Source: Patescibacteria group bacterium (GTDB lineage Bacteria > Patescibacteriota > SICC01). Taken from it: a stretch of 24,000 bases of DNA. Under the pieces are notes generated by a model that saw nothing but the letters and a program-made list of their open reading frames with translations, searched no databases and was not told where the DNA came from. Numbering within the stretch: position 1 is the first letter of the stretch; each line of letters opens with the position of its first letter. Positions 16,194 to 23,084 of this stretch are shown one piece after another. A program made the position numbers and the translations under genes. Where the stretch lies: NCBI GenBank assembly GCA_009694835.1, contig SICC01000001.1, forward strand, positions 2,588 to 26,587, in the 5' to 3' direction.

Positions 16194-16837
16194 TATTTCA
16201 GTCCCATTTTTTTACCCCAGCCAGCTGGGTCGGATGCCCATTCGAGAACCTTATCGCGGGAATCGCTACTTAATTGGCCTTTCCGTTCCGCCACGCTTAC
16301 TAAGGTTCGGAAGTTGGTTAGGGTATACAGTGGCGTCTGAGCTTTCTTAAACGCTTTTACCGCTTCTTCCATTTGGTAGGTAAAGATACCAACGACCCCG
16401 AGTGGTTCTGAACCGGCGCGCCGGATGGCGTGGACTGACCCGAGGGCACTTTGGCCAGTACTGACTAAGTCCTCGATTATGAGCGTTTTCGAACCAGGTT
16501 TCAGGACACCCTCAATTTGGTTCTTCTGCCCGTGGCGTTTGGCGCGTTGTCGGACGTAGACCATTGGCACATTCATGGCAGCTGCCAGCCAAGCTGCCCA
16601 GGGAATGCCAGCCGTAGCTGTACCGGCAATCGCATCGATTCCTTTGAAATTTTCCCGTGCCTGCTTCTCAAGTAGCTTCGAGATTTTCTTGCGGTCATCG
16701 GGGTAGGACAACAAAACGCGCAAGTCGTTATAGATTGGCGATACAATTCCGGAGGTGTAACGGAACGGCTCATCTGGTTGCAGGGTAGTAGCCCCTCGTT
16801 CGAGCAGAATCTCGGCAATCACCGCATCATTTTTCAT
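16193..16837 (-). CDS. pyrE: Orotate phosphoribosyltransferase
   Basis: 214 aa. PRPP-binding loop TLIIEDLVSTGQSA, the SGIVSPIYNDLR motif and GIDAIAGTATAGIPWAA. GGAGG lies 5 nt upstream of the ATG. Confidence 0.9.
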   Translation of the reverse strand: MKNDAVIAEILLERGATTLQPDEPFRYTSGIVSPIYNDLRVLLSYPDDRKKISKLLEKQARENFKGIDAIAGTATAGIPWAAWLAAAMNVPMVYVRQRAKRHGQKNQIEGVLKPGSKTLIIEDLVSTGQSALGSVHAIRRAGSEPLGVVGIFTYQMEEAVKAFKKAQTPLYTLTNFRTLVSVAERKGQLSSDSRDKVLEWASDPAGWGKKMGLK

Positions 16838-16907
16838 CCGACCCTCCTTTGCGAGATGCTTTGCCTCTCGCTTAAAATTCGGAACGAATTTTCAAAGGAG
16901 GGTCGGA
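16838..16907 (-). promoter_or_regulatory. Structured intergenic RNA: a 14-bp helix pairing an anti-SD with the pyrE SD, enclosing two hairpins
   Basis: On the plus strand, CCGACCCTCCTTTG (16838-16851) is the perfect reverse complement of CAAAGGAGGGTCGG (16893-16906). The inner hairpins are AAAATTCG/CGAATTTT (16874-16892, GAA/UUC loop) and GCGAG/CTCGC (16851-16871). The element spans the whole spacer, from the gatD stop to the pyrE ATG. Confidence 0.55.
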
Positions 16908-17636
16908 TCACGAGAATCGCTCCACGGCTTGCTCGTTTGCAACTAATTCGAAGGCATCTTCCAGTTCTCCGAGTCGAGCATTCTTATATCGTCGACCGAG
17001 GGCTTGTTTGAGTAACCAATCTGCCAAGTGCGGATTTTTAGGTAGTAACGATCCGTGCAAATAGGTACCAATTGCCTTGCCCTGAACAGTGCCCTCGGTG
17101 TTATCTCGGCCGTTGTTACCGAAGCCAGTCTTCAGCTTGCCAAGTGGGTTGGCGTCTTCTCCAAGGAAGGTTAGTCCGGAATGGTTTTCAAAGCCGACGA
17201 GCGGTCGTTTCGGTAAGTCGAGCACGTCTGGTTCCACCACGACGTTGCCAATCAAGCGTTTTGGTCCGGCTTCGGTGTGTGCGTCGAAAATACCAACACC
17301 TTCCAGCCGATCACCCTCGGCCGGCTGGTAGTAGTTGCCGAGTAGCTGATAGCCACCGCAGACAGCTAGGACGGCTGCACCATTTCCGACCGCTTCACGA
17401 ATTGCGCCAGCTTTCTTCTTCAAGTCAGCGGCGACCGTATCTTGTTCCTGATCCTGACCGCCGCCGAAGAAAATCAGATCGTAGCGTTTCGAGTCGAATT
17501 TCTGACCGACTTCAATCTCATCAACTGATGCCGCAATGTGACGCCACCGTGAACGGCGAACCAAGGTGAGAATATTGCCATGATCACCATAGATGCTCAT
17601 GCGCTTGGGGTAGAGATGGGCGATTCGTAAGTGCAT
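16908..17636 (-). CDS. gatD: Lipid II isoglutaminyl synthase, glutaminase subunit GatD (CobQ-type GATase)
   Basis: Collinear with S. aureus GatD as recalled: IAHLYPKRMSIYGDHGNI, IFFGGGQDQEQ, the AVCGGYQLLG nucleophile elbow, GFENHSG and GTYLHGSLLPKNPHLADWLL. Confidence 0.85.
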   Translation of the reverse strand: MHLRIAHLYPKRMSIYGDHGNILTLVRRSRWRHIAASVDEIEVGQKFDSKRYDLIFFGGGQDQEQDTVAADLKKKAGAIREAVGNGAAVLAVCGGYQLLGNYYQPAEGDRLEGVGIFDAHTEAGPKRLIGNVVVEPDVLDLPKRPLVGFENHSGLTFLGEDANPLGKLKTGFGNNGRDNTEGTVQGKAIGTYLHGSLLPKNPHLADWLLKQALGRRYKNARLGELEDAFELVANEQAVERFS

Positions 17637-17637
17637 A

Positions 17638-19005
17638 TCAGGAAAGGTAGTGCTTCAAATGGCCTTGTTCAACTAATTGACGACGTAATTCTAGCATCGC
17701 TGTGTAGGTTGGGAGCACGTAGAGCGTTCCGCCATCGGGAACGCCTTCCAAGGCAGCTTCCAAGGCCTTACCAATGTCGCGGCGGACTGTTACGTCAGCC
17801 TCCTTGACGCCGGCGTATTTCAAACGCAGCGCCATATCGTCCGTGCGGGTCCCGCTGACGGCGAGTGAGCGAGCTTGCGGCAAGATTTCTTCGAAGTCAG
17901 CGTCCCAGAGCCAGGAGACATCTGTGCCGTCAGCAAAGTTATCGTTGATCAGGATCAGGAAATCTTTCTTTCCTTTATCGAGCGAAAGGGTATGGATAAC
18001 TTCGTTGGCACCAGTCGGGTTCTTAATCAGCCCAATGAAGATTTCCTTGTTGCCGACTTGGACGTGCTCGACCCGACCGAAGGCGGCGGCCGTCCTGGCG
18101 ATGGCTGGCTCGATAACGGTTGGGGAAAGGCCGAGGGCATGACCAGCCGCGACGGCCGCCGCCGCGTTGTAGGCGTTATAGATTCCTGGAATGCCGAGTC
18201 GCACAGAGAACCGCTTACGACCCAGCTTGAATTGGACGTCGCTGCCCGTGGTGCCGTCGAGCTCTAGTTTTGTTACGGCCACGGATGGCTTTGGCCGCTT
18301 CAAGCTCTTGTCCGGGCTGCGGTAGTGGCCGAGGTGACCCGTAAAGACAGCCTCGTAGCGGAGGAGCTGGCCAGTCGGGGTGGTGAAGTGATCGGCGGCG
18401 CGCGGAAGTCCGTCTTTGGAGACGGAGGTGTCTTCGATACCGTAGTACATTACCGTTTGCGGCAAGCCTTGGCCGAGTGACGCCACCAGGGGGTCGTCCG
18501 CATTCAAAACCACGACGCTCGATTTCGGGAGGCTGGCTAATCCTTCGCGGAGGTAGTCGGCCGTCCGCTGCAGTTCGCCGTAACGATCCAGCTGATCGCG
18601 GAAGAGATTGGTGACCACGACGACTTTCGGAGCCAGCTCCAGGCAGGCCGCCGGCATCGTAGCTTCGTCGACCTCGAACAGTCCCCACGGTTTTTTAGTG
18701 CCGCGGTGTGGATGACCTTGGATTAAGGTTGAAGCGATACCGCGCAGTAAGTTCGATCCGGACTGATTATGGACGTATGGTTTACCAGCCGCCTTCAACG
18801 ACTCACCGATGAATCGGCTGGTGGTGGTTTTGCCGTTCGTGCCGGTTACCACCACGCTGCCACCCAGGTTCTTGCGAAGTTCCCGAACCAACTTCGGTTG
18901 AATCTTCAGTCCAACGACGCCGGGAACACTCGTGGCTCCACCTCCCCGTAACCGACTTAAGTGGCCGGAAAGTTTAGCGGTTCCAATCGCAATTGAGGTG
19001 CGCAT
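17638..19005 (-). CDS. murT: Lipid II isoglutaminyl synthase, Mur-ligase-like subunit MurT
   Basis: VVVTGTNGKTTTSRFI P-loop, NLFRDQLDRYGE, LNADDPLV, GIYNAYNAAAAVA, and the C-terminal DUF1727-type LINDNFADGTDVSWLWDADFE. It sits immediately upstream of gatD with a 1-nt gap. Confidence 0.85.
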   Translation of the reverse strand: MRTSIAIGTAKLSGHLSRLRGGGATSVPGVVGLKIQPKLVRELRKNLGGSVVVTGTNGKTTTSRFIGESLKAAGKPYVHNQSGSNLLRGIASTLIQGHPHRGTKKPWGLFEVDEATMPAACLELAPKVVVVTNLFRDQLDRYGELQRTADYLREGLASLPKSSVVVLNADDPLVASLGQGLPQTVMYYGIEDTSVSKDGLPRAADHFTTPTGQLLRYEAVFTGHLGHYRSPDKSLKRPKPSVAVTKLELDGTTGSDVQFKLGRKRFSVRLGIPGIYNAYNAAAAVAAGHALGLSPTVIEPAIARTAAAFGRVEHVQVGNKEIFIGLIKNPTGANEVIHTLSLDKGKKDFLILINDNFADGTDVSWLWDADFEEILPQARSLAVSGTRTDDMALRLKYAGVKEADVTVRRDIGKALEAALEGVPDGGTLYVLPTYTAMLELRRQLVEQGHLKHYLS

Positions 19006-19010
19006 GAGTA

Positions 19011-20000
19011 TTACCGTACTCGACCTTCCGTCCGCTTCACCAGCCAGTCAGAGACCAGCCGTTGGGCCTCATCGTCGCTGTCTACCCAATCGACCTTTCG
19101 GTTGCTGCGGAACCAGGTGTACTGGCGCTTGGCGAATTGAATCAAGTCTTGTTTGCAGAGCTCGACCGCTTGCTCGTAAGGGTACTTACCTTGGAGATAC
19201 TCGGCGATCCGACGGTACTCAAGTCCCATAGTTTCGAGCCGCTCCCAGGAGACCCCTTCCGAGTGCAATGTACGAACTTCTTCGATGAATCCGCGTTTAA
19301 AGCGTTCCATCATGCGGCGTTCAATTCGTTCATCCAGGGTTTTCTTCGGCCGATCGATGCCGACGATGAGCGTGTCGAACAGCTGGGGGCCTTTCCGGCG
19401 CATTTCCGAGATTGGGATGCCAGCCGTTTCACTGACTTCAATCGCCCGGATAATTCGTCGCGGATTTTGAAGGTCGATGGTGGCCCAATCGACCGGTTCG
19501 ACCAGCTTCAGTCGTTTGACCAAATCTTCCTTGGACAGCTTGTCGAGTTCAGCCCGAAGTTTTGGTTGCGGCGGGACGGGTGGAATCAGCAAATTGTCGA
19601 TGACGGCCTGAATATACAAACCGGTTCCGCCGACTAAAAACGGCAGCAGGCCGCGTTGCTGGATGTCTTGGATGGCGGCGATGGCGGCGTCCTTATACTG
19701 AACCACCGTGTAGGTGTCGTTTGGGTCAGCTACATCGAGCAGATGATGAGGGACGCGGCCTTGTTGGTCGGGCAGGACTTTGCCGGTCCCGATATCCATA
19801 CCGCGATAGACCTGGCGGGAGTCGGCCGAGACAATCTCGCCGTTGAACTCTTCGGCCAAGTCGATGGCAATTTCTGACTTACCAGTCGCGGTCGGTCCGA
19901 CGATGGCAACCAGGGGCGGCTTAATTTCACCGCGCTGCAAGCGTTGGGACTGCGGGCGCGTAGCGGTCGTAGGCATACGCCTAGTATACTCAAGCGTCAT
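19011..20000 (-). CDS. miaA: tRNA dimethylallyltransferase
   Basis: VAIVGPTATGKSEIAIDLA, EIVSADSRQVYRGMDIGTGK and FLVGGTGLY. An alternative start at ATG 19976 (MPTTATRP) is preceded by TATACT-N6. Confidence 0.9.
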   Translation of the reverse strand: MTLEYTRRMPTTATRPQSQRLQRGEIKPPLVAIVGPTATGKSEIAIDLAEEFNGEIVSADSRQVYRGMDIGTGKVLPDQQGRVPHHLLDVADPNDTYTVVQYKDAAIAAIQDIQQRGLLPFLVGGTGLYIQAVIDNLLIPPVPPQPKLRAELDKLSKEDLVKRLKLVEPVDWATIDLQNPRRIIRAIEVSETAGIPISEMRRKGPQLFDTLIVGIDRPKKTLDERIERRMMERFKRGFIEEVRTLHSEGVSWERLETMGLEYRRIAEYLQGKYPYEQAVELCKQDLIQFAKRQYTWFRSNRKVDWVDSDDEAQRLVSDWLVKRTEGRVR

Positions 20001-20012
20001 CCCGACAGTTTA

Positions 20013-20032
20013 CCCCGCACCCCGATGCGGGG
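20013..20032 (-). terminator. GC-rich hairpin between thrS and miaA (possible weak terminator or processing site)
   Basis: CCCCGCA / TGCGGGG arms in the 52-nt spacer. The minus-strand tail TAAACT is not U-rich, so termination efficiency is doubtful. Confidence 0.4.
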
Positions 20033-20052
20033 TCGGAATGAGAAGGCTTTAG

Positions 20053-21834
20053 TTACTTCGATTGGGGAAGGACGCGATCAGCTGATTCTTTGACGAGATC
20101 CTTTGCTACTGCGGCGATTTTTTTCGATCCTAAGTCGCCTTGGTGGTACGAACGCAGCGCGACTGACTTCGATTTTTCTTCCTTATCGCCGACCACCAAC
20201 ATGTAGGGGGCTTTCTGCATTTCCGCTTCCCGGATTTTCTTGCCGATCGATTCTGATCGATCATCAACCGTGACGCGCAATCCGGCTTCGGTCAATTCTT
20301 TTTTAATTGATTCAGCGTACTTATTGTTGCGATCGGTAATGGGGAGCACTCGGACTTGTTCCGGAGCCAGCCAGAGTGGGAAGGCGCCGGCGAAGTGCTC
20401 GATGAGGATAGCCAAGAAGCGTTCGTATGAACCGAGAATGGCTCGGTGAATGATAACCGGCGTCTCTTCTTCACCACCTTTGCCGGCGTAGGTGAGTCCG
20501 AATCGCGGTGGCATCGCAAAGTCGATTTGGATAGTGGCCAGTTGCCGTTCATTACCAAGGGCGTCGCGGAACATGTAATCAAGCTTCGGGCCGTACAAGG
20601 CCGCTTCACCTTCCATCCGCTTGGCGTCCAACTTCAAATCATCTGAAACTTCTTTGAGCATCTGCTCAGCTTGTTTCCATCCTTTTTCATCGCCAATGTA
20701 CGCATCTGGCGTTTTTGGGTCACGCACGGACAATGACACCCAATGGTCACCGAACATCCCAAGATTGGTATAGAATTCCTCAATGGTTTTGGCGATGCGT
20801 TTCGATTCTTCCTTAATCTGGTCAACGCGACAAAAGACATGGCCGTCGTCACACGTAATTGCCCGTACTCGAGTGAGTCCGCCAATTTCACCGGGTTTTT
20901 CGTCACGGTACATCATCGTCGATTCCATGTACCGCAGCGGCAGGTCTCGGTAGGATCGGGGTCGGCTGGCATAGATCTGAGTGTGGTGTGGGCAGTTCAC
21001 CGGCTTCATCACAAACTCGCCGTACTTACTTTCTACTTTCAAGAGCTCTTCACCGAACTTGTCAGCATGGCCGGACTTCTCGTAGAGTTCGCGTTTGGCA
21101 ATGTGGGGAATAGTGACTGGTTGCATGTCGTACTTCTGGCTGATTTCAAGCAGAGAATTCTGCAGTTGCGTTCTTAGGGTCGTACCGCGCGGCGTAAACA
21201 TCGGCAAACCCGATCCCACCAGGTCGGAGAACGTAAACAGATCGAGTTCCTTCCCAAGCTTCCTATGATCACGCTTCTTAGCTTCTTCTTGTTGCTTCAA
21301 ATACGCATCCAGCTCTTTTTGATCCTCGAACGCCACCCCATAAATTCGCTGAAGCTGTTTGTTTTTCTCATCACCTTTCCAGTAGGCGCCAGCGATTCTC
21401 GTGAGTTTGAACGATCCAATATCTTTGGTCGATTTCACGTGGCCACCACGGCAGAGGTCGGTGAAACTGCCGGACGTAAAGAAGGTGATTGGCTGTTTTT
21501 CTTGAGCGAACTCTTCAGCCAATTCAACCTTGTAGGGCTGCTTGGCTTTCTTCAGTCGATCGATAGCTTCTTTTGGCGGTACTTCCTCACCTTCGAAACT
21601 CAGGTTTTGCTTGACGATATGTTTCATCTTCTTCTCTAGGATTGGTAAGTCTTCCGGAATCAACGTCCGTGGTAGCTCGAAGTCGTAGTAGAAACCATTC
21701 TCAATAGCCGGGCCGACGCCGAGCTTGGCCTCGGGAAACATGTCGAGGACGGCCATCGCCAATACGTGTGACAGCGAGTGTCGTATGGTCTCAAGTTTAT
21801 CCGGAGTGTTCGAGCTGGCTTTGGTTTTTGCCAT
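20053..21834 (-). CDS. thrS: Threonine--tRNA ligase lacking the N-terminal TGS domain
   Basis: 593 aa. It begins at the editing domain (IRHSLSHVLAMAV...GPAIENGFYYDF). Class II catalytic core (FRDE-like MYRDEKPGEIGGLTRVRAITCDDGHVF) and a C-terminal anticodon-binding domain (APEQVRVLPI...YMLVVGDKE). Confidence 0.95.
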   Translation of the reverse strand: MAKTKASSNTPDKLETIRHSLSHVLAMAVLDMFPEAKLGVGPAIENGFYYDFELPRTLIPEDLPILEKKMKHIVKQNLSFEGEEVPPKEAIDRLKKAKQPYKVELAEEFAQEKQPITFFTSGSFTDLCRGGHVKSTKDIGSFKLTRIAGAYWKGDEKNKQLQRIYGVAFEDQKELDAYLKQQEEAKKRDHRKLGKELDLFTFSDLVGSGLPMFTPRGTTLRTQLQNSLLEISQKYDMQPVTIPHIAKRELYEKSGHADKFGEELLKVESKYGEFVMKPVNCPHHTQIYASRPRSYRDLPLRYMESTMMYRDEKPGEIGGLTRVRAITCDDGHVFCRVDQIKEESKRIAKTIEEFYTNLGMFGDHWVSLSVRDPKTPDAYIGDEKGWKQAEQMLKEVSDDLKLDAKRMEGEAALYGPKLDYMFRDALGNERQLATIQIDFAMPPRFGLTYAGKGGEEETPVIIHRAILGSYERFLAILIEHFAGAFPLWLAPEQVRVLPITDRNNKYAESIKKELTEAGLRVTVDDRSESIGKKIREAEMQKAPYMLVVGDKEEKSKSVALRSYHQGDLGSKKIAAVAKDLVKESADRVLPQSK

Positions 21835-21844
21835 GGCTCAAGTA

Positions 21845-21873
21845 TACCGAGCACCACGTGTTGGTGCTTGGTA
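21845..21873. promoter_or_regulatory. 29-bp inverted repeat abutting the thrS start region
   Basis: TACCGAGCACCA-cgtgt-TGGTGCTTGGTA: 12-bp arms with one G-T position. On the minus strand it overlaps a TATACT hexamer (21846-21841) that lies 6 nt upstream of the thrS ATG. Confidence 0.4.
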
Positions 21874-21919
21874 TAGCTCTCTCTTGCTCGTTTTTTACCA
21901 GCTGGTAGGATAGTGAGCT

Positions 21920-22438
21920 ATGCCAAATAGATTTGAAAACCCACCCGTTGCTGAAGCGGAAATTACCGAGCTCGAGCATGCTCAAGAGATTCAGCGATTG
22001 TCGTTGCTCTTTGCGGGTGCGGTCGAACAGGGCTTTCCACGAAAAGACGCCGTTGTCGGTGGTGACTCCATGGAACCGCGAATTTACATACTTTTTGGTG
22101 AACGAGATGCTGACACCTTCACGGCGGCCCGCATTGCTCAACCAAAGCTGTCTGGCCCAGGGCCATCTCATAATATTGAACTAAAAAAAATCGATCGTGA
22201 AGGAAATATTCTTGAACATCAAGCGGTCTTATTGCTTGATGGTGATCCGGCAGTTGGACTGTTCCTTGATAGTTACCATTTGAACCGAACACTCCCAGAG
22301 ATTGATCAACTGACTTCTGGTTTCCGGAAGATGTTGAAACGAACGACTAAGCCGCTGACGAGTGTCGAACTAGATAGGAAGTTCAATGAGGCCGATCAAG
22401 TCGAATATGACGACTACGTTCAGTTGAATTTCAGCTAA
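21920..22438 (+). CDS. Hypothetical protein (no family recognised)
   Basis: 172-aa ORF, acidic, with no TM. TAGGAT at 21906-21911 lies 8 nt upstream of the ATG. The 3' end overlaps the convergent gene by 8 nt. Confidence 0.6.
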   Translation: MPNRFENPPVAEAEITELEHAQEIQRLSLLFAGAVEQGFPRKDAVVGGDSMEPRIYILFGERDADTFTAARIAQPKLSGPGPSHNIELKKIDREGNILEHQAVLLLDGDPAVGLFLDSYHLNRTLPEIDQLTSGFRKMLKRTTKPLTSVELDRKFNEADQVEYDDYVQLNFS

Positions 22439-22841
22439 GCAAATCACTCGTGGCGTGTCTAGGAAGTTCCGGACAACGCACCACGGCCACGTTCATCCCA
22501 GCCGTTTTCAGTTCATTGACCAGCCTCTGCTCATCAAATTTTTGATCGTATCCCAGCGCAATCACGTTCGCGTCAGCTTTTTTAACCGTTCCAACTAAAT
22601 CGTACGGCTCTGCCCCGACGAAGGCTTCGTCGACCGGTGCGAGGGATGCAATGATCGTCACCCGATCGGTGGCACGATGACGCGGTTTTCGCTTTTCACG
22701 CTCAGCTTGCTCGTCCGAGGTTACCACCACGACTAACCGATCGCCGAGTTTTCGAGCTTCGGATAGGAAGTGAAGATGGCCAGGATGAACGATATCGAAC
22801 ACGCCGCTAGCGAGGACTGTTTTGCTGGAAGGAGGTGACAT
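22431..22841 (-). CDS. Cytidylyltransferase-family nucleotidyltransferase (HxGH), RibL/TagD-like; possible FMN adenylyltransferase
   Basis: 136 aa. VLASGVFDIVHPGHLHFLSEARKLGDRLVVVVTSDE is the classic (T/H)xGH nucleotidyltransferase N-terminus. Size and the order of conserved segments resemble archaeal RibL as I recall it. The substrate is not determinable from sequence alone. Confidence 0.8.
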   Translation of the reverse strand: MSPPSSKTVLASGVFDIVHPGHLHFLSEARKLGDRLVVVVTSDEQAEREKRKPRHRATDRVTIIASLAPVDEAFVGAEPYDLVGTVKKADANVIALGYDQKFDEQRLVNELKTAGMNVAVVRCPELPRHATSDLLS

Positions 22842-22879
22842 ATAGTGCCCAGTGTAGACGTATCCAAAAACAAAAAAAC

Positions 22880-23011
22880 ATGGAACCGCGAACTCACTAT
22901 CCGCCCCAAACCCAGGAATGCCCGCAGTGTGGGGAAGACATGGATGCTCGTTCTGGTGCTTGGACGGGTGATTGCCAAAACTGCGGCTATCACGACCCCT
23001 GCTGCGAATAG
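22880..23011 (+). CDS. Possible 43-aa zinc-ribbon micro-protein (MEPRTHYPPQTQECPQCGEDMDARSGAWTGDCQNCGYHDPCCE)
   Basis: Hand-translated. CPQCG-N17-CQNCG is a textbook zinc-ribbon spacing. There is no SD, and the ORF lies in the likely promoter region of the divergent nucleotidyltransferase gene. It competes with an overlapping 68-aa ORF in another frame. Confidence 0.35.
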   Translation: MEPRTHYPPQTQECPQCGEDMDARSGAWTGDCQNCGYHDPCCE

Positions 23012-23084
23012 CTCAGAATCGGGCTCCAGCTTACGCGCCCTAACTCGTTAGGCCGCTTCAGCTTTCGCCCGACATTCTTCGCTG

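Noticed and set aside
21835-21919. T-box leader for thrS.
   Set aside because: The spacer is only 85 bp, is shared with a divergent gene, and has no specifier loop, AGAGA box or GGTGGTACCGCG-like T-box sequence.
22040-22075. S24/LexA-type peptidase assignment for the 172-aa protein, based on GGDSMEP.
   Set aside because: This is a single short motif. No downstream catalytic Lys context or the usual GD..V...... beta-strand pattern could be aligned by eye.
317-22993. Many 60-190-aa ORFs in the track lie antisense to, or out of frame with, strongly supported genes. Examples: 5798-6310(-), 5448-5753(+), 10266-10598(-), 12713-13237(+), 13381-13746(+), 14782-15093(-), 17072-17569(+), 18215-18688(-), 19062-19637(+), 20743-21177(+), 21265-21639(+), 21797-22171(-), 22733-22993(-).
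   Set aside because: Each is fully nested in or overlaps a gene with clear family motifs. Their compositions are Arg/Pro/Ser/Gly-heavy, with no motifs and no SDs. These are shadow ORFs expected at this G+C content.
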